In this document: piece by piece, positions 10,976 to 20,657 of the stretch | How the letters are laid out: each line of letters starts with the position of its first letter | Numbering within the stretch: the stretch's first letter is position 1 | Made by a program: the position numbers and the translations under genes | The notes under the pieces: model-generated | The model's database searches: none | Seen by the model: the letters and a program-made list of their open reading frames with translations, nothing else | Told to the model about the DNA's origin: nothing | Assembly (NCBI GenBank): GCA_963727805.1 | Contig: CAVSHF010000005.1 | Span: forward strand, 896,001-960,000 | From: an uncultured Nitrospiraceae bacterium | GTDB lineage: Bacteria > Nitrospirota > Thermodesulfovibrionia > Thermodesulfovibrionales > Dissulfurispiraceae | DNA length: 64,000 bases | Direction: 5' to 3'

Positions 10976-11947
10976 GATAATTATCGTCTCGGCTGCCGTA
11001 CCGCAGCCATCGAATAATAAAGCTGAGACAAAATGCATTGACACTTCCCCGAGAAAACTACAAATGATTTGCTATCTGTACATCCCGAAGGTCAGGACGG
11101 TGCAACATACACGGACTGCGGAAACAGCGCTGGGAAAGCAATCGAAGGCAGGGGTTGATACCCAATCTTATTAAGGCTCCGGCAGAATCGCTCGGTGAGA
11201 GCGGCCTTTCTGTCAGCACTATGCATTTCTTCAACCCAAAGTTGGAAATCGATGTCGAAATTATCCTCGGCAGTGATATCATTGGGAGACGCAACTGGGT
11301 GCGGCATGATCAGAACAGTAATAGGCATGGGTTCTTGTTTAGCATCCGCCCCTCTATTCATTACCAATCGATCAAGAAATATGTCTCAGCGCGAGTTCAG
11401 AAGGGACCGCCTTGGACAGAAATAATATTCTTATGGTCGATCCCGATCCTGATCAAGAGCAGGATATACTAGGGGAAGCTTATCAGAACGGTTCATTGTA
11501 ATCGAGGATGCTGAGGGGGGGAGTTCCTCAGCAGCATGCAGGAGAGAGATATCGGCCTTGTACTCATGGACTTTTAGTGAGCGGGCTTGATATTATTGTC
11601 TGCATCAGGAAGATCCCGCTGTGGATTGGCATGCCTATTATCATTAAATTAGTGTCAAAAATATCCTCCATGCTATCAACAAGGCAAAAACTGCTGGAGT
11701 AAACAAAGTCCTTTTCAGGATGATTACACCCTCCTCTATAAAATTGAGTGGCATGATTGAGAAATACTTCAATGCAGAATTTGATGCTCAAAGCGGCAGA
11801 AGGCCCTTCTTCAAAAAGCTAGAAGCTTGGCAGCTCTAAAATCCTCTTTAGTCCACAAGTTGTGTGCCTGACGCTTTTGCCAGTCAGTTATCTACTATGC
11901 TATGATGACTAATTCTATAGATGTTCCATAAACTTTGGAGGTGTTTG

Positions 11948-12724
11948 ATGCGAAAGATCTTTAGTTTGTTTGTATTAGCAGTGCTGGTTTTCGCCACCCA
12001 GGCTTGCGCCTTGTCCGAGAAGGAGCATGACAAGAAAGCTCATGACTGTGCGGCGTGTCATATCCTAAAAAATGAAGAGGCTGCCGTAATCCTGAAAGAT
12101 GTTGCTCCCGATCTAAAAATATTGAGTGTAAGCCAAGGACCGGTCAAAGGCCTCTGGGAGGTCTTCCTCCAAGCGGGCGGACGCAAGGCAGTCGTATATA
12201 TCGATTATTCGAAAAAGAACTTTTTCAGCGGTGCTATCATCGAAATAAATGGGAAGAAGAACCTGACCCAGGAAAAATTCGACGAGTTGAATAAAATCGA
12301 CGTTTCAAAGATACCGTTGGATGGTGCACTCGTGATGGGAGATAAAAACGCAAAATACAAGGTCATTGTCTTCAGTGATCCTGATTGCCCTTACTGCGGT
12401 AAGCTCCATCAGGAGATGAAGAAGGTAGTCGAAAAGAGAAAGGACATCTCATTTTTCATCAAGCTCATCCCTCTCCCTATGCATCCGGATGCCGGCTGGA
12501 AGGCAAAGAGCATACTCTGCAAAAAGTCCCTACAGCTTCTCGAAGACAATTTCGATGGCAAGCAGATTCCGAAAATAGAGTGTGACACAAAAGCAATTGA
12601 AGACAATACAAAGCTTGCCGGTGAAATCGGCATCTCAGGCACGCCGGCTCTCGTGCTTCCTAACGGGAGGATCGTACCAGGGGTTCGTGAAGCAGACGCG
12701 CTTATCGAGCTGATCACAAAGTAA
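11948..12724 (+). CDS. DsbC-family thiol:disulfide interchange protein (exported)
   Basis: Signal peptide, VFSDPDCPYC, GISGTP cis-Pro loop; GGAGG RBS before ATG 11948. Confidence 0.88.
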   Translation: MRKIFSLFVLAVLVFATQACALSEKEHDKKAHDCAACHILKNEEAAVILKDVAPDLKILSVSQGPVKGLWEVFLQAGGRKAVVYIDYSKKNFFSGAIIEINGKKNLTQEKFDELNKIDVSKIPLDGALVMGDKNAKYKVIVFSDPDCPYCGKLHQEMKKVVEKRKDISFFIKLIPLPMHPDAGWKAKSILCKKSLQLLEDNFDGKQIPKIECDTKAIEDNTKLAGEIGISGTPALVLPNGRIVPGVREADALIELITK

Positions 12725-12743
12725 TCAGGCTTTTATCATCTAG

Positions 12744-12780
12744 GAGGGGAAGCGTCTGGTACGCCTCCCCTCTGTTATTT
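12744..12780 (+). terminator. Terminator after the dsbC-like gene
   Basis: gaggggaagcgt / acgcctcccctc hairpin followed by tgttattt. Confidence 0.55.
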
Positions 12781-12833
12781 CAGCCATATCCAACTCATGC
12801 TTTTTAGGTAAGTAATGATAAAATAAGAGCGCT

Positions 12834-13536
12834 ATGGAATGGTTACATCTGGATGACCTGGCGAAGCTTGCACTTGCGACCCTCACGGGGGCCGCTATCG
12901 GTTTTGAGAGAGAGGCTCACGGCCAAGCGGCAGGACTAAGGACTAATAATCCTTGTCTGTACCGGCGCCTGCCTGATGATGCTCCTGTCCCTCCACATGG
13001 AAGAAATGTACCGCACTGTCGGCGTCACAGAGTCGGTGGTCCGACTCGATCCGGGCAGGATTGCCTCATACGCCATCGCAAGCATGGGCTTCCTCGGCGC
13101 AGGAGCGATCATCAAAGGCAAGGGGACAATAAAGGGCCTTACTACTGCAGCAGGGCTTTGGCTCGTGACGGGCGTCGGCCTCTCTATTGGCGCTGAGTTT
13201 ATCATGCCGGCAGTTTTTACTACCGTCATCAGCCTTATCTTTCTTTACGGACTGCGCAGGCTGAAGATCGTTCTTCCTCGCACCGAATTCATCGTCCTCA
13301 CTATCAGGTGCAGCGGCATCTGCAACCCCATTGAGCGGATTAGAGAGGTCATCTCTGAATATCGTTACGTAACGGTGCATTTTATCAATTACACGAATGA
13401 AATAAAAAGACTGAATTTCGCTTATCGCATTCGAATCTCCCACAGGGCGCAGGTCCGTTTCGAGGACATCACCGATAAACTTGCTACTATTGAATGTATC
13501 GACGAGATCAGATGGGAGGAGAGTGACATCCCCTGA
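12834..13536 (+). pseudogene. MgtC/SapB family membrane protein with +1 frameshift (or sequencing error)
   Basis: IGFERE...AAGLRTN lies in one frame; ILVCTGACLMMLLS...DPGRIA...GFLGAG...GLTTAA continues in the next frame; extra A in ACTAATAATCC at ~12947. Confidence 0.8.
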
Positions 13537-13667
13537 ATTCGTTCCATCCATGGATATTGACTCTCTGCCTTTCCCAGTTGTTTCCTCATCGAATCAGTTT
13601 GCATTGAAGCCCATTATTTGTTAAAGTAGCATTAAATGAGTTACTACATTATAGGAGGTACGTTACA

Positions 13668-14207
13668 ATGAAGCGCTTCTTTATGTGTGTTGTTGTCGTG
13701 TTAATGTTTGCCTCACTGATTGGGTGCGCCCAGAAACAGATTGCCCAGCCCGAACAGCCTGCTGTAAAGCCTGCTGAGACTGCGCCTTCGAAGGCTGAGC
13801 CGGTCACCGAAAAGCAGCAACCAATGGTTAAGCAGGAAGAAATGACGGCTTCGGCAAAGGAAATTGAGGCAAAAGTCAAAGACGTTTATTTCGCCTTCGA
13901 CAAATATGATCTAGACGATTCGGCAAAAACAACCCTCAAAGGCCTTGCCGCCATGCTGGGAAAGAGAAATACCAAGGTCATCATAGAAGGCAATTGTGAC
14001 GAGAGGGGCACAAAAGAGTATAACCTCGCACTTGGAGACAAAAGGGCAAATGCGGCTAAGCAGTACCTAGTTTCCCTCGGTATACCTTCAGCAAAGCTTG
14101 ACACCATCAGCTACGGCAAAGAAAAGCCAGTATGCACCGAGAGCACTGAGGATTGCTGGGCTAAAAACAGAAGGGACCACTTCGTACTCGTTGAGGGAGG
14201 CCGTTAA
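13668..14207 (+). CDS. pal: Peptidoglycan-associated lipoprotein
   Basis: Lipobox LIGC; VYFAFDK, EGNCDERGT.EYN.ALG..RA, SYGKEKP, NRR. Confidence 0.93.
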   Translation: MKRFFMCVVVVLMFASLIGCAQKQIAQPEQPAVKPAETAPSKAEPVTEKQQPMVKQEEMTASAKEIEAKVKDVYFAFDKYDLDDSAKTTLKGLAAMLGKRNTKVIIEGNCDERGTKEYNLALGDKRANAAKQYLVSLGIPSAKLDTISYGKEKPVCTESTEDCWAKNRRDHFVLVEGGR

Positions 14208-14209
14208 CG

Positions 14210-15166
14210 ATGAATAGACGCCGGGAAACAGGAACGGTTGTTTCAGGTAGGAGGCCCTCACCGCTTCAGGCAACCTTTCGCCGTCTCCTGCTTCCCTTGT
14301 TGTCTCTCGTTGCGCTGTCCCTATTCGGCTGTGCAACCGGTTCCGAAATGGAAACTACCAAGAGCAACCTTGCTCAACTGCAGGTCCAGTCTGTGAATCG
14401 CGATAGGGATATTGCCCAAATAAGGGACCAGATTGCGGCAATATCAAAAGACCTGAATACTCTCACGGCGATCAAGGAGAGTCAGTCAACCCTGCTTACA
14501 CAAGTGAGCGATTATTCGAAGGAATTGCAATCACTCAGAGGCCGTTTCGACGAAAATAAATATTTCATTGATAAGACGATCAAAGATCTCACTTCTGAGA
14601 TGGACCTCGAAAAGGCCAGGACTTTGGCACTCGAAAATGAGTTGAAAGGGATCAAGACATCGGTGCCGGTCAAGGAGGCGCCGAAAGCTGTCGACCAAGG
14701 TGGAGAAAAAGCCCTTGCTGTTACTACGGAGTCGGCACCCACGGGCCCGGATGATGCAGCGAAGCTTTATGATGAGGCCCATATTGCTCTTAAGGAAAAG
14801 AAATACGCCGAGGCTAGAAAGATGTTTGAACGCTTTGTAAAGGGATATCCCAAAGAGGCCCTTACTGCAAACTCGTATTTCTGGATAGGAGAAACCTATT
14901 ATTCGGAGAAGAAATATGAAGACGCCATCCTCGCCTATGAAGATTTTCTAAAGAAATACCCCAACCATGAGAAGGCGCGCGCGGCCATGCTCAAGCAGGG
15001 GTTCTCATTCCTCGAACTCGGAGACAAAAAAACAGGCAAGGTGATCCTTGAAACGCTCATAGAGAAGTACCCCAAGTCCAAAGAGGCTGACCTGGCCCAG
15101 AAGAAACTCAAGGAAATCTCAAAATCAACCTCGACTCCCACTCCCAAGTCGAAGAAAAAGAAGTAA
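14210..15166 (+). CDS. cpoB: Tol-Pal system protein YbgF/CpoB
   Basis: Lipobox, coiled coil and TPRs (NSYFWIGE.YY, AMLKQG); follows pal. Confidence 0.85.
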   Translation: MNRRRETGTVVSGRRPSPLQATFRRLLLPLLSLVALSLFGCATGSEMETTKSNLAQLQVQSVNRDRDIAQIRDQIAAISKDLNTLTAIKESQSTLLTQVSDYSKELQSLRGRFDENKYFIDKTIKDLTSEMDLEKARTLALENELKGIKTSVPVKEAPKAVDQGGEKALAVTTESAPTGPDDAAKLYDEAHIALKEKKYAEARKMFERFVKGYPKEALTANSYFWIGETYYSEKKYEDAILAYEDFLKKYPNHEKARAAMLKQGFSFLELGDKKTGKVILETLIEKYPKSKEADLAQKKLKEISKSTSTPTPKSKKKK

Positions 15167-15239
15167 TAATCTCTCTGACGGCACATCGAAGCGTGACCGG
15201 GTATTGTCAAACCTATCGTGATCGCGCAATAATAAGGCG

Positions 15240-16226
15240 ATGAACGAGATCAGAGACCCATTCGCACGCATCATCGATTATATGAGGATATCTATAATCG
15301 ATCGCTGCAATCTGAGATGCATTTACTGCATGCCTGAAGCCGGCATTACCCCTCTCGATCACGAGCTCATTCTTAAATATGAGGAGATCATTAGGATCGT
15401 GAAGGTTGCCGCCAACCTCGGCGTCAAAAAAATCAGGCTTACCGGAGGGGAACCACTGATACGGCGGAACCTCCCATATCTCATCTCATCGCTTGCAGAC
15501 ATCCACGGAATCGAAGACATAAGTCTTACAACGAACGGTATCCGCCTCAAGAATCTGGCAGTCACCCTTGCTGATGCCGGTCTCAGGAGAGTGAATGTGA
15601 GCCTCGATTCCTTGCAGCCAGACCGGTACCGAGAGATTACCAGGGGCGGCGCCCTAAGCGAGGCCATGGAGGGAATTGCAGCGGCAGAACAGGCAGGCCT
15701 TCACCCAGTAAAAATTAATATGGTTCCGATACGAGGATTTAACGACGATGAAATCGAAGACTTTGCGAGATTAACATTGACCAGGTCTATCCATGTGCGG
15801 TTCATCGAATTTATGCCGATCGGTGCCACCGAGTTTTGGAACGAAGACAAATATCTCTCCACCGAAGAAATCAAAAAACGCGTCGATCGAATTGCCCACC
15901 TCATGCCGGTAAAGGTACGCCGAAACGGTCCAGCGCGTTACTTCAGCTTTGAAGGCGCGCCCGGCGTGGTTGGATTTATCAGCGCCCTGACGCACCACTT
16001 CTGTGATTCCTGCAACCGTCTGAGATTAACCTCTGACGGCAAGCTGAGGCCCTGCCTTTTTTCAGAAACCGAGATCGACCTGAAATCGGCTCTGCGCTGC
16101 GGAGCATCGGACAAAGAGATTGAACGTCTGCTACGGCTCGCCATAGAGATCAAACCCGACAGTCATACCCTGTCAAAAGAAAAAAGCTTCGTCCATTTAA
16201 AACCAATGTCTAAGATCGGCGGATAG
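15240..16226 (+). CDS. moaA: GTP 3',8-cyclase
   Basis: CNLRCIYC, LTGGEP, FCDSCNRLRLT..G...PCL, C-terminal IGG. Confidence 0.96.
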   Translation: MNEIRDPFARIIDYMRISIIDRCNLRCIYCMPEAGITPLDHELILKYEEIIRIVKVAANLGVKKIRLTGGEPLIRRNLPYLISSLADIHGIEDISLTTNGIRLKNLAVTLADAGLRRVNVSLDSLQPDRYREITRGGALSEAMEGIAAAEQAGLHPVKINMVPIRGFNDDEIEDFARLTLTRSIHVRFIEFMPIGATEFWNEDKYLSTEEIKKRVDRIAHLMPVKVRRNGPARYFSFEGAPGVVGFISALTHHFCDSCNRLRLTSDGKLRPCLFSETEIDLKSALRCGASDKEIERLLRLAIEIKPDSHTLSKEKSFVHLKPMSKIGG

Positions 16227-16227
16227 C

Positions 16228-17007
16228 GTGTCCGGCAAGATCCCTCTTTCTGTCGCGATCGTTACAAGAAACGAAGAACGCAATATTGGGGACGCCCTTG
16301 AAAGCGTCAGGGATTTCGATGATATCGTGGTCATCGACGCATTTAGCGAGGACCGGACCGTCGAGATATGCAGGAACTACACAGACCGCGTATATCAACA
16401 CGAATGGCCAGGGTTCTCACGCCAAAAGCAGAGAGCCGTCGATTACGCAAAAAATGCCTGGATTCTGATTCTCGACGCTGATGAGCGAGTGACTCCTGAG
16501 TTGAAAGATGAAATGATGGAGGAAATATCCGATGGTGAATGCAGTGGATTTTATATCCCGAGGAAAAACTATTTCCTCGGCAAGTGGATACACCACAGCG
16601 GCTGGTGGCCGGATTATACGCTGAGGATCTTCAGAAAAGATTCTGCTCGTGTCGAACCGCGTGAAGTGCACGAAAAGATCCTTGTCCATGGGGTCACGAA
16701 GCATCTAAAAAGCCCGCTTCAGCACTACACCTACCGGACACTCAGCGATTACATGAAAAAGATGGAGACCTACTCGACTCTTGCAGCCAAGGAGATCGTT
16801 CGGCAAAAAGGACGGCCCTCCCCGCTCTCTCTCTTGCTCAACCCTCTGGCCGTCTTTGTGAAAATGTACTTCCTCCGGCAGGGATTCCGAGATGGCATCC
16901 ATGGCTTCATGCTTGCCATGCTCTATGCCTTTCAGACCTTTCTCAAGTATGCAAAAGCCCTGGAAAATGACTTGACCCTTGCTTCCTCCATAGACAAAAG
17001 TCCTTGA
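16228..17007 (+). CDS. Glycosyltransferase family 2 (WaaE/KdtX-like)
   Basis: NEE.NI, SEDRT, WILILDADE, WPDY.LR, VHE, GFRDG. Confidence 0.88.
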   Translation: MSGKIPLSVAIVTRNEERNIGDALESVRDFDDIVVIDAFSEDRTVEICRNYTDRVYQHEWPGFSRQKQRAVDYAKNAWILILDADERVTPELKDEMMEEISDGECSGFYIPRKNYFLGKWIHHSGWWPDYTLRIFRKDSARVEPREVHEKILVHGVTKHLKSPLQHYTYRTLSDYMKKMETYSTLAAKEIVRQKGRPSPLSLLLNPLAVFVKMYFLRQGFRDGIHGFMLAMLYAFQTFLKYAKALENDLTLASSIDKSP

Positions 17008-17040
17008 CATTGCTTTTAACAATCGTTTCTAATAGTAGTC

Positions 17041-18498
17041 ATGGTAATCTCTACCTGTTTCAGAGGGGCTCTTTTCTCTTCCCTGCTTATTTTCTGTTTC
17101 GCGCATGTTGGATTTTGCGGGGAGAAGAGCACTGGTGAGATCATAGCCAAAGTTGTCGACTCGACTGCAACGGTCGATGCACCTCCGCAGCAGGTTGCCA
17201 AGGAGATAGATCCTCCTGCACAGCCAAAGCACGATGCAGTTTCTACCATTATGGTCCCTGCTGCTTCAGATACGTCGCTTCTTCCCGAAAGTCAGATGGG
17301 GGCATCGGCGACCACAGCACCCCCCGCTGTTTATAGCGCTGCTTCTTCAGGTGAGCAAGGTTCCCGGTCTAAAATAACCCCTCCCCTTTCAATATCGCTT
17401 TCACCCTCTGATAAAACAGCGACCAAGGCGATAGAAAAAAGCTTTGCCCTGTACACAAATAATTTAAAAAAGAGATTCTCGGTCTGGCTCGAAAGGTCCG
17501 CAAGGTACCTTGAAGTCATGAAGGATATTTTGAAAGATAAAAATATGCCCGAAGAACTTGTCTTCCTTCCTATTGTCGAAAGTGGATTCAATCCCAAGGC
17601 ATATTCATCAGCTCGGGCTGCTGGTCCTTGGCAGTTCATCGCGGGTACAGCAAAGCGTTATGGTCTGGTAATCGACTGGTGGAGGGACGAAAGAAAAGAT
17701 CCCGTCAAGTCGACTGTTGCAGCCGCCGACTATCTGAAAGATTTATATGGCATGTTTGGCTCCTGGAGCCTGGCACTCGCAGCTTATAATGCCGGAGAAG
17801 GAAGGATCGCAAAGGCCTTGAGAAGGACCGACTCCGACAACCTTTGGTCCCTTCTCGACACCAAGCAGATCAGGCAGGAAACAAAAGATTACGTCCCGCA
17901 CTATATCGCCGCCACAATCATTGCAAATACACCTGAGAATTATGGGTTCAACGATCTTTCTTACCACGAACCCTTTGAATATGACGAAGTGGTCGTCTAT
18001 ACTCCTGTAGATCTTGAGGTCATAGCAAAGTGTGCAGGGACAGGAGTGGATGAAATCAGGGAACTAAACCCCGAATTGCGCAGATGGAGCACTCCCCCCA
18101 ACATGACGGAGTACACCTTAAGATTACCGGTCGGGACCGCAGATGCCTTCATCGAGAACCTTTCGAACATGCCCGATGATAAGCTCTTCAGTTATGATTC
18201 ATATACGGTTAAGAAAAACGAAACATTGAAGAAAATCGCCGCCAGAACAGGGGTATCAGTGAGCACAATACTCGCCATGAACTCATTGTCGGGCATCGAA
18301 AGACTTCACGCCGGAGAAACGATCAAGCTACCGCCGCAGGGACAACATTTCGCCGACATCGATGACAAGATGACGGCCCGCAAGGTGTCCTTGAAATCAA
18401 CAAACAAGGGCCAGATAGTCAAGAAAGGTGATAAGTCCAGAAGCAAGAAGGCCACTCATGGTAAGTCCAAGTCCAAGGTCAAGACCAAGAAGACCTGA
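17041..18498 (+). CDS. Lytic transglycosylase (MltD-like) with LysM domains
   Basis: IVES, AAGPWQF, LAAYNAGEG, ETKDYV; LysM YTVKKNETL..IA. Confidence 0.88.
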   Translation: MVISTCFRGALFSSLLIFCFAHVGFCGEKSTGEIIAKVVDSTATVDAPPQQVAKEIDPPAQPKHDAVSTIMVPAASDTSLLPESQMGASATTAPPAVYSAASSGEQGSRSKITPPLSISLSPSDKTATKAIEKSFALYTNNLKKRFSVWLERSARYLEVMKDILKDKNMPEELVFLPIVESGFNPKAYSSARAAGPWQFIAGTAKRYGLVIDWWRDERKDPVKSTVAAADYLKDLYGMFGSWSLALAAYNAGEGRIAKALRRTDSDNLWSLLDTKQIRQETKDYVPHYIAATIIANTPENYGFNDLSYHEPFEYDEVVVYTPVDLEVIAKCAGTGVDEIRELNPELRRWSTPPNMTEYTLRLPVGTADAFIENLSNMPDDKLFSYDSYTVKKNETLKKIAARTGVSVSTILAMNSLSGIERLHAGETIKLPPQGQHFADIDDKMTARKVSLKSTNKGQIVKKGDKSRSKKATHGKSKSKVKTKKT

Positions 18499-19104
18499 TA
18501 TTAAAGTCACGAAGGCTTAATCCCACAGTCCCATGCGCGATTGGGAGCATGGCCGCTCTGCCCCTTGTTTTTTTTTGATAATAATGGAAGTACCCACTCA
18601 TCTCTTTGTCATGCTTACAATATGTATCCGCACTGCACCCAGATTGATGGCCTTAACTCGGGATAATCGCGACAGCCCAACCAAACTAGAGATGATATAT
18701 CTACTTTAGAGTTAGCGGGAGGAAAGTCGCATCCTATGGCTTGAACCGGATCGTCAAGTTCGAATAAGCATCATGCTGCACCTGCGCAGCAGAATAATGC
18801 TTATTCGAAATACGTTGAGCAGGAGGTTGCTGCAGGTGATGGTTGCCAAAAATACTTCATTTCCTATTGGGCACGTCAATTGGTAATCACGAAAGTTTCA
18901 TTCACGTAAAAAGTGTAGACTCATAGCCAATGAAACCAATATTGTTAGAATTGCTCAACCCGAAATTAATAATCGTTTACTGACTCGAAAAATTGGATAT
19001 ATGGCTGAATTAGTGTACAGCTGATGCCAGGTGAACTGATCGCGGAAGAAAGCGCTATTCGCTCAGACAGCGGTGAAGGTCAAGCGCGGTGCAACCACTC
19101 GGAT

Positions 19105-19785
19105 CTATTCTGCAAGCCTTGCTTTAGCCTCTCCCACGAGGGCTGAATTCGGGTATTTTGTGACCAAGTCTTTATACTTAGCTTGTGCCTCTTCAGTTTT
19201 GCCCTGCACTTCAAGTATCTTGCCACTTTCCATGAGCGCCATGTCACGGAAAATGCCGTCTTGCAATCCCGCCAGAGTATTAAGCACAGCAAGAGCGTTA
19301 ATGGTATCACCTTTCTTCAGATAAGTCTCGGCCATCTTATAATAAGCGAGGGGAATGATCTTTGAATCGGGGAACTTCTCGTTCAGTTCCCTCAGCGACT
19401 TGATTGCGTCATCATAACTGCCGAGTTCATACTGGCAATAGGCAATGTAGAGAAGGACATCGGCCTTCTGCTTCACATCATAAGATTTTCTGAAAAGCTC
19501 GAGGGCTTTTTTATAATTCTCCCCGGTTACTACTGGCTGCGTGACATTCTCATTGTAGAAAAGCCGGTAGGCTTCGCGCTGCAGACCAGCGGCCTTGTCC
19601 CCTTCGGATTTAGTGTAGATAAAGAAAGCGCCGACAGAAACCAGCAGGACGAGAAAAATGGCAAGACCTATAACGAGCATGCGCTGCCTCTCTTTGATTC
19701 GAGAGCGAATGTCCGCTACTGCCCCCCTGAGGTCTTGGTCGGGGCCGTCATGTTTCTCGCTGTGTTTCTTTATGACCTTCGGCAT
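19105..19785 (-). CDS. Membrane-anchored TPR protein (YfgM-like)
   Basis: One TM helix followed by TPR repeats. Confidence 0.7.
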   Translation of the reverse strand: MPKVIKKHSEKHDGPDQDLRGAVADIRSRIKERQRMLVIGLAIFLVLLVSVGAFFIYTKSEGDKAAGLQREAYRLFYNENVTQPVVTGENYKKALELFRKSYDVKQKADVLLYIAYCQYELGSYDDAIKSLRELNEKFPDSKIIPLAYYKMAETYLKKGDTINALAVLNTLAGLQDGIFRDMALMESGKILEVQGKTEEAQAKYKDLVTKYPNSALVGEAKARLAE

Positions 19786-20441
19786 TACATTCCTCCAATA
19801 GCTTTCTTAACAAGAATCCTTGCGTGGTTAAATATGTCGTCAATTTTAGCCCGGTCAATTCCGGCAGAAAGAAGAATTCTAGCGGCATAATCACGGTTTA
19901 TGAGATCTGACGGAGCATGCGTGTCGGTATTGACGGTCAGCGGAATACCTAGAGGAATGGCTGACTGCGCTACATGGCCGTTCGACAAACTGTGGCCTTT
20001 CCGGGCAGTGATCTCGAGCGTGATGCCTTTTTCTCTTGCAAAGAGAAGGTCATCTCGGGAAATCAGGCCGGGATGGGCGAGTATGTCAGCGCCCGCTTCG
20101 ATAGCCGCCTTGTTGGTGCCTTCGATAACCGGCTCGACAATGGTTTCGCCATGAACAATGACTATCAGCGCGCCAAGTTTACGCGCCTCTTTCACAATAT
20201 CCGGAATCAGCGCCGGAGGCACATGCGTAATCTCGGCACCCGGCAACAAGGTAATGGGCATAATGTCCTTCAGTGCACGAACGACCTTCACGATTCTCGG
20301 GATGATAAGATCGATATTGGAGTGGTCCATGTGGTCCGTAATCGCAAGAGCCTTATAGCCCATCGAAACCGCTCTGCGAGCGAGTTCCGCAGGAATGAGT
20401 TCTCCGTCACTGAATATGCTGTGGGTATGAAGATCTATCAT
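19785..20441 (-). CDS. PHP-domain (histidinol-phosphatase-like) protein
   Basis: MIDLHTHSIFSDG, AITDH, VHGET, LAHPG, NTDTH; start taken at MIDL. Confidence 0.85.
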   Translation of the reverse strand: MIDLHTHSIFSDGELIPAELARRAVSMGYKALAITDHMDHSNIDLIIPRIVKVVRALKDIMPITLLPGAEITHVPPALIPDIVKEARKLGALIVIVHGETIVEPVIEGTNKAAIEAGADILAHPGLISRDDLLFAREKGITLEITARKGHSLSNGHVAQSAIPLGIPLTVNTDTHAPSDLINRDYAARILLSAGIDRAKIDDIFNHARILVKKAIGGM

Positions 20442-20657
20442 ATTGTTAACTTTCAGAATAACGGATAGAAGCGCCAAATGTAAAGCTTTCGCAAGCTGAC
20501 ATGACAGTAGCCCACCGCCCTGTATTTTGATATACTTGCGATAGGGTCGCACCCATAGCCGTACGATAGATCGCGATCATATCGTGGCTGTTTTTAGTAC
20601 CAGTACTATATCCTAATCCATGATCGAGCTGCACACTCATGATCCGGAGGACATTCG

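Noticed and set aside
18715..18735. GAGGAAAGTC, resembling the RNase P RNA P4 motif
   Set aside because: The next base is G rather than C, and no matching 3' P4 strand (ACAGAA.CCGGCTTA-like) is found downstream.
18675..18820. Possible integron attC site (GCCCAAC ... GTTGAGC)
   Set aside because: The core sites are not symmetric about the hairpin, no L boxes are evident, and there is no cassette ORF or integrase.
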